64,000 bases of DNA from positions 37,324,001-37,388,000 of the forward strand of contig OX597838.1 in NCBI GenBank assembly GCA_951406725.2, written 5' to 3'. Each line of letters opens with the position of its first letter. Positions within the stretch are counted from its first letter, which is position 1. The stretch is from Octopus vulgaris (taxonomy: Eukaryota). This document shows, in pieces, positions 38,420 to 52,393 of this stretch. The position numbers and the translations under genes were made by a program. Under the pieces are notes generated by a model. It searched no databases. It saw only the letters and a program-made list of their open reading frames with translations, and had not been told where the DNA came from.

Positions 38420-39052
38420 ACAATTTACATGTGATAGATGGTAGAATGAATGCAGAGATGTACCAAAATATTTTGAACAATAATTTATGGGACTCTGTAG
38501 AAAAGCTCCAGATTTGTGAATGGTGGGTTTTACAACAAGATAACGACACGGCGAAGTCTACCAAAAAATGGATTGTCGATCACAATATAAAATTATTAGA
38601 ATGGCCAAGCCAGTCACCTGTCTTGAACCCAATTGAAAATTTGTGGCGTTATTTGAAAATTAAAATTCATTCAAGAGCCCCAACGTGCATTCCAGATGTG
38701 AAGAAAATTTGTCAAGAAGAATGGGAAAATATTCCTAAAGAAACATGCGAGTCATTGATTAAGAACTACAAGAAGAGATTGGTTGAAGTGGAACTGAATA
38801 ATGGTTATGCTATGAAGTATTAAATCAGAATTATCAGTTATTTATGTTCTGTATGAATACTTTTTTCACCCCTAAATATTTATAATTGTATATAAATTCC
38901 TTAGTTACTATAACTTATTAGTTTCTTTTGCATATTCTTAGTTTGTGCATGCGTATGTAAATATAGTATTGGTATATCCCATTTATGTTCATTAGAAATT
39001 AAATATATAAAGAATTTTGACATGTACGAATATTTATTTCCACCCACCGTGC
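38420..39052 (+). mobile_element. Tc1-like transposon 3' half (DDE transposase fragment + right end)
   Basis: IDGRMNAEMYQNIL..LQQDND..TAKSTKKW..LEWPSQSPVLNPIENLW..WENIP..LIKNYKKRL..NGYAMKY*. Repeated terminal motif tatgaatactttttt-cacccc (~38852) and tacgaatatttatttccaccc (~39024) suggests IR/DR-type ends. Confidence 0.9.
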
Positions 39053-39096
<44 letters not shown>

Positions 39097-39257
39097 GTAT
39101 ATATACATACATCTCTATTTATATATACATGCATATGTGGGCACAGGATGTCATGAAACTTGTACAACAAAATAGTACGAAGCACGTGTACATGGAACAT
39201 GGACTATTCTTTCGAACGACGAAAAACACAAATGTGTGTGTGTGTATATATATATAT

Positions 39258-39315
<58 letters not shown>

Positions 39316-39318
<3 letters not shown>

Positions 39319-39693
39319 CGTAGGAGTGGCTGTGTGGTAAATAGCTTGCTTGCCAACCACAGTGGTTCAGTCCCACTGCGTGGCACCTTAGGCAAATGTC
39401 TTCTACTATAGCCTCGGGCCGACCAAAGCCTTGTGACTGGATTTGGTAGACGGAAACTGAAAGAGGCCCGTCGTATATATATATGTGTGTGTATGTGTGT
39501 CGGTCTTTGTCTCCCAACATCGCTTGACAACTGATGCTGGTGTGTTTACGGCTCCGTAACTTAGCGGTTCAGCAAAAGAGACCGATAGAATAAGTACTTG
39601 GCTTACAAAGAATAATTCCTGGGGTCTATTTGCTCGACTAAAGGCGGTGCTCCAGCATGGCCACAGTCAAATGACTGAAAAAGAGTATAAGAG
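39316..39693 (+). mobile_element. SINE family S1
   Basis: Match to S1. Confidence 0.88.
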
Positions 39694-39725
<32 letters not shown>

Positions 39726-40266
39726 TTGACATGCCTGTATATGCATGTAGATATAAATGCACAATGCGTACACACACAAAATACATATCACAGAACACAC
39801 AGAAAGAAACAGAGATTCGTTCAGAATGTTATTCGTTATTTCAGCCAAATAAAGAAGAAAAACTAGACATAACTGCTACGAGGAAAAAGTTTAATAAATT
39901 TCAGTAGAAGTAAGGAAGTATGACTTCAAGATATTGATGAAATCCCTCGAACGTGGATCAGGCTAAATTGATCGAAAACTTCGTATTACAATACTTGATA
40001 GAGAAATCCCCGAAGCTCAGTGGGGGGGGGGTTACAGTGATGATGTTCTACCAGCAATAACTAATTGTAACCCTTCAGCTGTAGAGAGGCTTAGAAAGGT
40101 CTTATATTGATTAAAAAGAAAACCAGTAATATTTCCATTTCGTTTGATATATCGCTAATAAGTGTATCTCTTTAGATATTACCTTTTATCTTAACACTGG
40201 CTTGTGTTATCTTTATCAGAAACCAAAATGGAAATCTATATTACGTACACAAGCATTTAAATCACT

Positions 40267-40321
<55 letters not shown>

Positions 40322-40323
<2 letters not shown>

Positions 40324-40652
40324 TATAATTATGATTATTTTTAAAGGGTTCAGCAAAAAGTTTGCTTCACCACATACCGAACTTTAGAAACAGCAGCCAA
40401 AGAACTTAGCTATTTCTTCTACGATAAGAAGAAACTCCCAGACAACATACACTCAAAACAATTCACGTACGCAGAGAGGAAAAACAACGAAATTCACTCG
40501 GCATTTGATTACCTGTGGACGCGTTTCGGAGTTAGATATGAAAAATGCAAAAATCACATTTCCATTCCAAGTTTACCGAAAATGGCCCTTTTAACATGCC
40601 GAATACTACTTGGTGGAATTATTAATTAATTAATTTTACCCTTTATCAATAT

Positions 40653-40655
<3 letters not shown>
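40322..40655. mobile_element. Family A PLE-like insert with an internal inversion and a half hammerhead
   Basis: 40340-40540 has the same orientation as 35910-36105 (minus strand ctcc GAAAC gc GTC cacagg). 40570-40655 is the family terminus in the opposite orientation. (TA)n on both sides. Confidence 0.8.
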
Positions 40656-40690
<35 letters not shown>

Positions 40691-41005
40691 GTGCATTGTT
40701 TTGTTCTATACTATTATGTTTGACCTTAATGTTCATATGTAGTGGTTTAATAAATTATGTGATTGGGTATTATCTGGTAGTTGATTATTGATTAAGATGT
40801 ATTTCTCCATTTTCTTATTTTGTATTATTAATTTGTGGTAAAACATTTTACTTTTGCCCATATAATACAGTAAATGAATTAATTGCATCGCAGTTCTTAA
40901 CATTTATGTATTAAATTTGTTGGGTGCTTTACTAGCAGTATATTGGATATATGTTATCCCATGGTGGGTTGCACTCACAACCCCCTATCTCAATTTGTAA
41001 TTATA

Positions 41006-41059
<54 letters not shown>

Positions 41060-42767
41060 CTTGTTAGAAATATTTCTATCCACAAATAAACAAATACTGG
41101 ATGCTAACACAGAATAAAGTACTGAAGGGATGAGACTTTAATTTAATATGTATTCCTCTGATTATATGAATAAGCTCGACTGTTAAAATAAACTGTCGCC
41201 AGAAACTAAATAACCGTAAATCGTATTTTTATTTTAGACAATATTCTAATAAAAGAAATGATGATGTATCAAAATTCTTGAAAGCTAAATTTGACCAAGC
41301 CTACAACCATTGCGACAGTTATCGAATAATTACCTTATAATAAACAGGTATGAGAATACCTGTTGCTGATCAATAAATATACCTGATAAAAAATGCAAAT
41401 GAAAGACGGAAGAACTATTACAGGCACTAGTGATAGGGAGAGGAAAAGTAGTGATAGTCATGGCGCGTATATATTTAGCAATCATCCGATGTCGCGATTC
41501 ACTAGAATGTTTCCCACGTGATCAACAAAATTTGATTAATCACGGCATTGCGTGGGATAGGCTCCAGCGATGGCCTGGTGTTTCACCGTGCTTCTTTTTT
41601 GAGCCTATCAACCAGTATAAATTCGATGCATCGTAACTAATAGACAAAGAGACTTGGAGTGGAGCAGAGAGAGCGTTGACCGGCACTGTAAGAGTAGGCC
41701 AAGAGAGATGGCAGACGACAGCTGACAACACAAAGGAAATGAACAAACGACAGAAGTCAGTTGGCGTCAAGCAATTAACAACACTTCACAAAGAACAATA
41801 ACATTAAAAACTCTCATTCGACGTTTAGTCACTTGTAGTAACATCATTGTATTTCTTTTTTGTGTGTATGAAAAGAATAAAATTTTGATCATCAAACATC
41901 TCAACAGACTCCTGTGTTCTTCGTACATTACTATCACTATATTCGATAAGGAGGACTTAAAACTGAAGTGCCTATAACAACGTAAGAACGAATGGCGGCA
42001 AATAAAGCACGACAATTTGATACCTTTCCTGCGTTTGACGATGTTGAGATATCTTCCACTGAAAATTCTTGTAATGGAAGTACGAATTACTGTAGCAGAG
42101 CTTAATTAGCTAATTAATCAAGGTCTGAACCTGAAAAATTATTAGTGGTAAGTTTCATAATGTAATGGAATAGTATCAAAACAAATCTAATACTTCGCAA
42201 ATATTAAACATTGCCTACCGTAAAAAAAAAAATAAAGATAAACTGATTCGGAAACATGCATATATATGCAGACACATACATCTGCACACATCCATGCGTT
42301 CACCCACAAAGGAAACACAAGATATATACGGGTACACAACGCTCACACACAAGCATAATAAAACACATACATACAGATGCACAAACATGTATATCTGTAA
42401 TAGTTGGGTTTTTTTAAACTTGTTTTTGTTATATTTTATATGGTAGAACATTCTGGAGCCTATTTAAATAAGTTTTAACGGTGTACAGTAATAGAAAATA
42501 TAATTTTACGGATGGTCTTTATTAAATGCCTTGTGGACGAATCTTGATCGATCGATTAATTGACAAATATAGCGTTTAGTAATTACATTTCGAAAGAATA
42601 TAAAATTCGGAATAATTGTGTCTCCGTGACTGTGTGTGTGTGTGTGTGTGAAGGTAAAATATATACAGATGTATGGGGGTCTTTTCAGTGGTGTGGTTTC
42701 AAGTTCAGTCCCACTGCACAGCACCTTGTGAGGTGAATTTGGTAGACGGAAACTATGTGAAAGCCCA

Positions 42768-42822
<55 letters not shown>

Positions 42823-43100
42823 ATAAGTACCAGTCTTTAAAAAAAGTACATTGATATACCTGGGGAAACGATCGTCTTTTGCCAATTAAACACGTGCACT
42901 GGCAGAATTGTTAGCACGTCGGGCGAAATGCGTAGCAGTATTTCATTAACTGCTACGTTCTGAGTTCAAATTCCAACGAGGTCGACTTTGCCATTCAGCC
43001 TTTCGGAGTCGATAAAATAAGTACCAGTTACGTACTGGGGTCGATGTAATCGACTATCCTCTTCTCTCAAATTTTAGGCCTTGTGCCTATAGTAGAAAGG

Positions 43101-43133
<33 letters not shown>

Positions 43134-43297
43134 TGTTGTCAATGTTATTTCGCCAGGCATTCCGTGACCACCTCAGCGACTCTGTCCCTTTTGTCCTGCC
43201 TATTCCATTGTGTAAATTAAGTACCAGTGAAACACCGGGGCCGATGTAATCGACTGGTACCCGCCCAATTTCAGGCCTTGTGCCTATAGTAGAAAGG

Positions 43298-43331
<34 letters not shown>

Positions 43332-43740
43332 GTCAGTGTTCTTTCGTCAGACATTCCGTGACCTCCTCAGCAACGTTCTGTCCCTCTTGACCCGTCCATT
43401 CCATTCTGTTTCTGTGTTATGTATCCCTTTCGGCGCTTGCATGTTTATGTGTTTAATGGGGTTTACGTGTGTCTTGTGTGCATTTTTATGCATCTATAAA
43501 ACTGTTTCTACCCAATATTTATTTATTTCTGCATTTATATTTATCCTCATTCTGTCTTTAATCGTCAGGTTACATAATAGTTGCGGGTTAAAAAACAGGT
43601 TACCATCTCCAGCCCTACTGACTCCTAAAAGCCGGTTCCCCTGTTTCCGTGGCGTAAAGTAGTGATAGTCATGGCGCGTATATATTTAGCAATCATCCGA
43701 TGTCGCTATTCACTAGAATGTTTCCCACGTGATCAATGAA

Positions 43741-44260
43741 GTATTTCGTCTGTCTTCGTGTTCTGAGTTCAAATTCCGCTGAGGTCGACTTTGCCTTTCA
43801 TCCTTTCGGGGTCGATAAATTAAGTACCAGTTACGCACTGGGATCGATATAATCGATTTAATCCGTTTGTCTGTCCTTGTTTGTCCTCTTTGTGTTTGGC
43901 CCCTTGTAGGTAGTAAAGAAATAGGTATTTCGTCTGTCTTTACGTTCTGAGTTCAAATTCCGCCGAGGTCGACTTTGCCTTTCATCCTTTCGGCGTCGAT
44001 AAATTAAGTACCAGTTACGCACTGGGGTCGATATAATCGACTTAATCCTTTTGTCTGTCCCCTCTATGTTTAGCCCCTTGTGGGTAGTAAAGAAATAGGT
44101 ATTTCGTCTGTCTTTACGTTCCGAGTTCAAATTCCGCCGAGGTCGACTTTGCCTTTCATCCTTTCAGAGTAGATGAATCAAGTACCAGTTGCATACTGGG
44201 GTCGATATAATCGACTGGCGCTTTTCCCAAAATTTCGGGTCTTGTGTCAAGAGTAGGAAA
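43741..44260 (+). mobile_element. Tandem trimer of S2 SINE units (other S2 copies at ~21883, 24808, 26858, 42898, 49175, 50250)
   Basis: The core repeats at ~43741, 43926 and 44099. Confidence 0.85.
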
Positions 44261-44508
44261 GTCCAATGACCGAAACATATAATAGATAAAGATATGCGAT
44301 CAGAAAACACACATGCAATGTAACTGTGAAGAATGTATGAACAGTTACGTGTAGTTCATTGAATAAAAATGACGAAAAGAGAAATTGAAAGCAACCTGAG
44401 TTGTAGTGAAAGCTTTGAAAGACTGTAAGATAATCTATTTTCAGCAGATGACAAAGTGAAAAATTTTGAATAAAATGCAGCATAAATCTAAACGTAACGG
44501 GTTTTAAT

Positions 44509-44833
44509 GCATGCCCAGTTGACAAGGTATGCGATAAGGAAGAAAGAAAACTTGATAGATATGAGTTAGCTTGGGAGGTTAAGCAGCTGAGGTCGATGAA
44601 AAAGGTTGTCATAGTACCAATAGTTATCGGGAACAGTGAGTAAAAATCTTAAGTACGTGGAATAAATAGGGGCTGAAATGAAGGTGGAGCATTTGCAGAA
44701 AACAGCACAGCTTGAAACCGCTCAAATACTCTGGAAGGTGCTCGAAAAATATGGGGTGTTACTTTAGTTCATTGGCAGTGAACAGCTGGCACCGTAGTAC
44801 ATCGCCAGCGTCAGAAGCTGTGCAAAGACAATG
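44509..44833 (+). mobile_element. R4/Dong-clade LINE 3' fragment (restriction-like endonuclease C-terminus) abutting (TAA)n
   Basis: ACPVDKVCDKEERKLDRYELAWEVKQLRSMKKVVIVPIVIG..TVSKNLKYVE*IGAEMKVEHLQKTAQLETAQILWKVLEK matches K..KY..L...VVPIVIG..LQK.ALLGT..ILRKVL; followed by (TAA/TAG)n at 44834-45045. Confidence 0.85.
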
Positions 44834-44879
44834 AATAATAATAATAATAGTAGTAGTAGTAGTAATAATAATAATAGTA

Positions 44880-44921
<42 letters not shown>

Positions 44922-45589
44922 GTAATAATAATAATAATAATAATAATAGTAATAATAATAATAGTAATAATAATAATAGTAATAATAATTATAGTAATAA
45001 TAATAATAGTAATAGTAATAATATTAGTAACAATAATAATAGTAATTCTTTGGGGTCTGAATAATGTACCTCTGGAAACATGAGTGTTCCGTTCAACATC
45101 CTTAACAAAGGCATAATTGTCCTCGGTGATATTTGAACTTAGGACATAAATCCAAAAACGAAATGCTTCAAAGCATTTTGTCCGACGCACTAATGGTTCT
45201 GCCAGATAACCACCTTATTAAATTATTGATAACTATTGTATTTTCTCCGACGCTCCACCGATTCCACTCTATCTGTCAGTCCATCGCCTCTAAACACAAG
45301 ACCTATTATCAAACATTGAATTAACCAAGAGAACGTGATACAATATGTCGGAGGAATATCAGAAGAATTACCAAATCATGAGGAAAATGGAAAGACAAAG
45401 AACTGAATTTCTTCACCCTTCAGACCAAGATTTAATTCTTTAGATTTATTTGGAGTTTTGCTCGGTTTTAGAAAATTTCTTTGTATATTTGTAATTTTTC
45501 TTTCATTTTTAAATTCTAACAGAATTGGGTGAAAAATCAAGAATTTTGTTAGATTTGTATTTTTGTTCTGTAATTCTGAGTATTTATGC

Positions 45590-46472
45590 ATTTGTACACA
45601 CACACACAAATATATATACAGACATACATACACGCATATATACACACACGCACATATACACACTTATATACACACACACATACATACACACACATACACA
45701 CATATATATACACAAACATACACACATACATATATACACACACATACACATACATACACACATATATACACATACATACACATATATACACACACACAAA
45801 TATATACACACACACATATATACACACGCACACATATATACACACGCACACATATACACACAAATATATACACACACATATATACACACATATATACACA
45901 CACACACACATATATATATATACACATATATATATATATTTGTATATGTGTGTTTATATGTATATACATACATTTGTATTTGTATGTGTGCGTATATATA
46001 TATATATGCATACACACACACTTTTATGTCTATGTGTATGTATGTATATATAATATATATATACATACAAACATATATATACCCACGTATATATATATAT
46101 GTGTGTGTGTGTGTGTGAATATATAAATATATATATATCGGGTTTCGGTTGGCAGCATGTCATTCATTTTCAGAACAATAAGGTCTGTCTTGCAAAGATG
46201 GCGACGGCGAAGCAAAGACTAGAAGAAAATATTTCAAAAGACAAGAAAAGTACAAAATTAACAGCGACAACTACAAGAGACAAAAAGAAAAAGTCATATA
46301 TAATCAAAAACAAAAAGAAAACGAAACAAAATAGCGAAGACAAATACTGAATTATTTCTTTTTTGTTTTTTTGTCTGTGAAAATTTTCTGCAGAAATTCA
46401 GATTAATAATTGGAAAACAAATCAACGCTATCCATATATGTTGGTATATAGATAGATTCGTGAGTGCATATA

Positions 46473-46507
<35 letters not shown>

Positions 46508-46551
46508 CAGTACTTGGAGAAGAACGGAACGAAACGAACGAATCGAATCGA

Positions 46552-46605
<54 letters not shown>

Positions 46606-46766
46606 GCATATATATATATGTATGTATATGCATATATATGCACACACGAATCTATATCAGACAAAAGATTTGAAATTTTAAATCGCAGGGTATGCGTGTG
46701 TGCATACATGTTATTTAAACTTAATCCTATACAAACATGCATGCATGCGCATGCACACCCACCCAC

Positions 46767-46819
<53 letters not shown>

Positions 46820-46862
46820 CATATACATATATATATATATATATATAGACATATGTATGCAT

Positions 46863-46901
<39 letters not shown>

Positions 46902-47446
46902 CATACATATATATAGACATACATGCATGCATATACATACATATATATAGACATACATATATGCATATACATACATATATGCATATACATACATATATGC
47001 ATATACATACATATATATAGACATACATATATGCATATACATACATATATATAGACATACATGCATGCATATACATACATATATATAGACATACATATAT
47101 GCATATACATACATATATATAGACATACATGCATGCATATACACACATATATATAGACATACATGCATGCATATACACACATACATATAGACATACATGC
47201 ATGCATATACACACATACATATAGACATACATGCATGCATATACACACATACATATAGACATACATGCATGCATATACACACATACATATAGACATACAT
47301 GCATGCATATACACACATACATATAGACATACATGCATGCATATACACACATACATATAGACATACATGCATGCATATACACACATACATATAGACATAC
47401 ATGCATGCATATACACACATACATATAGACATACATGCATGCATAT

Positions 47447-47483
<37 letters not shown>

Positions 47484-47788
47484 GACATACATGTATGCAT
47501 ATACATGTATATATACACATATATACATATACAGAAATACGTAGATATATATATGTATATATGCATATATGTACACACACACATACATATATATATACAC
47601 ATGAACACACACATATACGTATGCGCATGTACATGTAATCGTATAAACAAACATGCGTACATATATACATAGATATATATAAACAACATATACATATTCA
47701 TACAGACATATATACATCTACACATACACACACACGCACATTTGTATATATTTGTACAGACAAATGCTCTTGTATAAACATGTATGTC

Positions 47789-47819
<31 letters not shown>

Positions 47820-48075
47820 ATGCATACATGTGTCTCTATATATATGTATGTATATGCATGCATGTATGTCTATAAATATGTATGTATATGCATGCACGTA
47901 TGTCTATAAATATGTATGTATATGCATACATGTATGTCTGTATATATATATGTATGTATATGCATACATGTATGTCTGTATATATATATATATGTATGTA
48001 TATGCATACATATGTCTATATATATGTGTGTGTGTGTGTATGTATATATACATGTACACATGTATACATCCATAC
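45590..48075. repeat. Large CA/TA microsatellite region including a 26-bp minisatellite (acatacatgcatgcatatacacacatacatatag-type, ~47000-47450)
   Basis: Direct sequence; unique islands at ~46140-46440 and 46500-46770. Confidence 0.85.
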
Positions 48076-48526
48076 AATTACATGCACAAATATTCTACAC
48101 ATAAGTAGATGAGAGAGAGTGAGGGAGAGAAGGTTCTGGAATTCTTAGTTATTGTTAATATTTTTTATTTTGTTTGTGTTTTGAGTCGGTTTTTTTTTGT
48201 GTGGTTTTCATCTTTATATTTGTCTTTGTTCTTTATTTAAAATCATCCAACCGTGAAAGAAGAATTTAAATAACGCGAACAAACAAACAAGCCAGTGGCG
48301 ATGACGACGACGATGATGATGACACGACAAATGGCAATAACGGTAAAGAGGAATGGAACAATGGAAACACAAGAATAAGAATCATTTTTGTCTTTATTGG
48401 CCCTGAAGATGCAGAGATCTGGGCACAGAATGTAGTCCGAATACAAATCAAAAACGATGGGTGTTCTTTTTCTAGTTGCGCAAAACATAGGCGCAGGCGT
48501 AGCTGTGTGGTAAGAAGATTGTAAGA

Positions 48527-49092
48527 AGGCGGTGAGCAGGCAGAAAGGTTAGCACGTCGGGCGAAATGCTTAGCAGTATTTCGTCTGCCGTTACGTTCTG
48601 AGTTCAAATTCCGCCGAGGTCAACTTTGCCTTTCATCCTTCCGGGGTCGATTAAATAAGTACCAGTTACGCACTGGGGTCGATATAATCGACTTAATCCG
48701 TTTGTCTGCCCTTGTTTGTGCCTTCTGTGTTTAGCCCCTTGTGGGTAGTAAAGAAATAGGTATTTGGTTAGCTGTTACGTTCTGAGTTCAAATTCCGCCG
48801 AGGTCGACTTTGCCTTTCCTCCTTTCGGGGTCGGTTAAATAAGTACCAGTTGCGCACTGGGGTCGATGTATTTCTTTACTACCCACAAGGGGCTAAACAC
48901 AGAGAGGATAAACAAACGGATTAAGTCGATTACATCGACCCCAGTGCGTAACTGGTACTTAATTTAACGAGCCCCGAAAGGATGAAAGACAAAGTCGACC
49001 TCGGCGGAATTTGAACTCAGAACGTAGCGGCAGACGAAATACTGCTAAGCATTTCGCCCAGCGTGCTAACCTTTCTGCCTGCTCACCGCCTT
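48527..49092. mobile_element. Inverted S2 SINE pair (plus dimer 48527-48870, minus monomer 48871-49092)
   Basis: Both heads read ggcggtgagcaggcagaaaggttagcacg, a variant not seen in the other copies. Confidence 0.85.
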
Positions 49093-49702
49093 CTATCTTC
49101 TTATTGGTGCAGGTTTTGTTGTACGATTCAAAATAGATGAATAGTTTCTGATTTAGGTACAAAACCAGCTGTTTAGAGCGCATGGGGTTCGTTAATATCA
49201 TTGACCCTATATTATTTTATCGATCCTGAAAGAATGAAAGGCAAAGTCGACCAGAGTGAAATTTGAACTCAAAACAAAGAGCTGCAAGAAATGCCGCGAA
49301 TATTTTTCGCTCGGCGTTCTAACGATTCAGCCATCTTTCTGTCCTTATGACTTTGAAGACGACGTCTGAACGTTCGGCTTTTGCCGAACGACCTTCACAA
49401 ATGATTTGATTATAGCGATCAAATGTTCGTGCCGCACGGTAGCTCACTCTCTCCATCAAATCAACATTGTCTGAACAGGTACAAGGTGTACCACGCATTA
49501 GGGGTCGAAGTGATTGCAAAGCAATGCGAAATTAAGTGTTTTGCTAAAAAACAAAACAAAAAAAAATCATCGCACAGCTCTGTCTAGGAATTGAAATCAC
49601 GTTCCCGCGATCGTAAGTGCAACGCCTTAACCACTAGGCCATGCGCCGCCCTCATAAAGATATAAAAACGGTTATCATAATAATAATAATAATAATGATA
49701 GA

Positions 49703-50200
49703 AGTGTCATCATGTACATTGTTTTGTCTTGGTATAAAAGAAGGGCTACAGCAAATATTCTGCTCAATACCACAGATTTGCTTGTCAGTTGTTTGACCGT
49801 AACCAGTTGAGCATGTCCCTTAGTGGCTGATGATATGTGCATCTCTGATCATGAGCAGAAATAGTAGGGGAGCATCATAGCCGTGTGTTGAGAGGGATTC
49901 TTTGGGGTTTGAATAATTCATCTCTGGAATTATGAGTGTTTCGTTCAACATCCTTAAACAACCCTTATTCAGAGACCTTTTGAATGGGATGAGTTATTCG
50001 ACCAGAAGAAAATTCTAACTGGGCCCCACATACAAGATCATGTGCTGTTTATCTTGATATGAGATCACCATGTCGCGCACATATGGTTGTGATTCATGTG
50101 CCTAGTGTACCCTTATCAGATGGGTAGTCATGATGAGTATACTGAGCTTCGTATATTTTACCCCAGTGTCACTTTAATAGCATGCACGGCCCTCTCTCTC
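49703..50200 (+). mobile_element. Non-coding repeat inserted in (TAA)n (partial copies at ~20017-20170 and ~45045-45105)
   Basis: gggctacagcaaatattctgctcaataccacagatttgcttgtcagttgtttgacc recurs at 20022; all copies abut (TAA)n. Confidence 0.75.
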
Positions 50201-50239
<39 letters not shown>

Positions 50240-50954
50240 TTTTTCAAATTTTGGCACAGTGCCTGCAATTTCGGGGGTGGGAAGTCGATTTCATCGGCCT
50301 CAGAGTTCAACTGGTACTTATGTTATCGACCCTGAAAGGATGAAAAGCTGAGCCAACCTTAGCTGGATTTGAACTCGGAGTGGAAAGAGCTGTTTGAAAT
50401 GCCGCTAAGCATTTTGCCTGACATGCTAACGGGTTCTGTTGTAATAATAATTTTTTCGTTTTGTCATGTTATTTTCTCTTTCGCATTTACTTATTGAGAG
50501 CTCTTTATAATATCGCTATACATCAGAGATTATTCCTTGTGTGTTGAGATATTCACAGTGATTTAATCAGTCTTGCTCTGACGAAATGTAATTAAAGTCT
50601 TGAAGAATTCTTTGCTGATGTTACGACATCGATTCACGTATTTAGAATAATGTAGCTAGTGTCCGATGCGATAATGTGATTTTTAGCCGTTAGTAATATT
50701 GCGTTAGTATCAGACAACATTTAAGTTAATTTATTCCATCCATTTTACTCCTTGCCCTTTTCTTCCACCATGTTGTCACTGATTTCTCCTTTCTGTTGAC
50801 TTATCTCTAAAAGAGAAACGGCATTCCGTCGCTAAACGTTGACGACGGGAGTCCTAGTGAAAAGTCTGTATAATAGCGTATACGTCATATAAATATATCG
50901 AGGGGTGTATCTTTACTTTCATTTAGAAGCGATCATAAAATCGTCTAGGTAGGA

Positions 50955-51320
50955 TTCTTTACTTGTATCAGTCAGTTGACTGTAGCCATGCTGGAGCACC
51001 GCCTTTGGTCGAGCAAATAAACCCCAGGACTTATTCTTTGTAAGCCTAGTAGTTATTCTATCGGTCTCTTTTGCCGATAGTATCGGTTGTCAAGCGATGT
51101 TAGGAGGACAAACATATACACACAAACATATACACACACATACATATATATATACATACGACGGGTTTCTTTCAGTTTCCGTCTACCAAATCCACTCACA
51201 AGGCTTTGGTCGGCCCGAGGCTATAGTAGAAGATACTCGCCCAAGGTGCCACGCAGTGGGACTGAACCCGGAACCATGTGGTTGGTAAGCAAGCTACTTA
51301 CCACACAGCCACTCCTACGC
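50955..51320 (-). mobile_element. SINE family S1
   Basis: Reverse complement of S1. Confidence 0.85.
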
Positions 51321-52214
51321 TTAGTAGTAGATTCTTTTTCCTTTCTTTTTCTTGTTTTCTGTTTTGCAAATATAAAAAGAAAAATAATAATTAGAATGGA
51401 TATTTGAAAGCTAAATAAGGTATTTAATAGAACGATAGATTTATGGATATTTTTTCGTAACAACAAAGCTGTTTTTATCAAACGTATAATTTGCATTTCA
51501 AATCCGTTCAAACACTGACTATTACATTGCTTCAAATTGATTTCAAACCAGCCATTATTTAAAGCGTGATTAATTATATTATCATTGTCATCATCAATAA
51601 AAACGTAGCAACATGTTCGTAGACACTCCACTGGAACTGTGTACAAATTTTTGCTGGAAATTATCAAGAAACAAGAGACGGTTAGCCCCAAAGGTTCCTG
51701 ATTGGCGTAACAAAAGATAAGAGATATCGACAATGAAAATGTCTATATTTTCGAGTAAACAAAGTTTATTATACAGTAAAGTCTATTTACCAACGCAAAG
51801 TGGCAGTCCTACGTAGGACGATGTTACTAATTTTTAGCCCCAGGTAAACATCTTTTCTAGCTGGCTACCGGCACATGATCTGTGTCCGTATACTGTGATC
51901 AAGGGAGTCTACTGCTCCCTTTCTAGCCGTAGCGATAGCTATAGAACAATGGTTTCTGAGTAATTTCCCTTCGTCGGTACCAGATAACCGCTGGCTAGAG
52001 ATAGCAGCCACTCGCTCTTGCTCACAGTATATACTTTTAAAGCGACACACAGTCACTGATCCCGTAGAGAGAAAAACAACTAGTTTTAAATCTCTGAGCG
52101 AGAAATATGTAGTAACAGTAAAGCCTATTTGCCAACGGAAACTTTATTGTGATAGTCGGGTACTGTTTATAATACAAGGCGCAAAATCTACATGTTATTG
52201 TATGTGTGTATATG

Positions 52215-52254
<40 letters not shown>

Positions 52255-52256
<2 letters not shown>

Positions 52257-52375
52257 TTTTTATGCGTAATGAGATAAAAAAAAACCAAGGCTGTATAGAT
52301 ATTAGAGCATTTATAGATAGGTCTTACAGCTATTTCTAGGATATTTATTAATAATATCCCTTCATCGGAGACGGT
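52255..52375 (-). mobile_element. Family D PLE-like pLTR fragment with a hammerhead motif (52321-52372)
   Basis: Minus strand reads gtct ccgatga agggatatt..aatatccta GAAAT agct GTA agac; homologous to 29480-29580. Confidence 0.8.
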
Positions 52376-52393
52376 ATATATATATATATATAT

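Noticed and set aside
46171-46350. ttttcag acceptor-like site and aagATGGCG start-like context
   Set aside because: Short K-rich low-complexity frame ending in a stop, with no donor and no homology recognised.
47000-47450. Regular ~26-bp repeat array (CRISPR-like periodicity)
   Set aside because: No unique spacers; it is a microsatellite-derived minisatellite in eukaryotic DNA.
50500-50640. ctgacga and catcag core-like words
   Set aside because: No correctly placed GAAA-NUH or closing helices.
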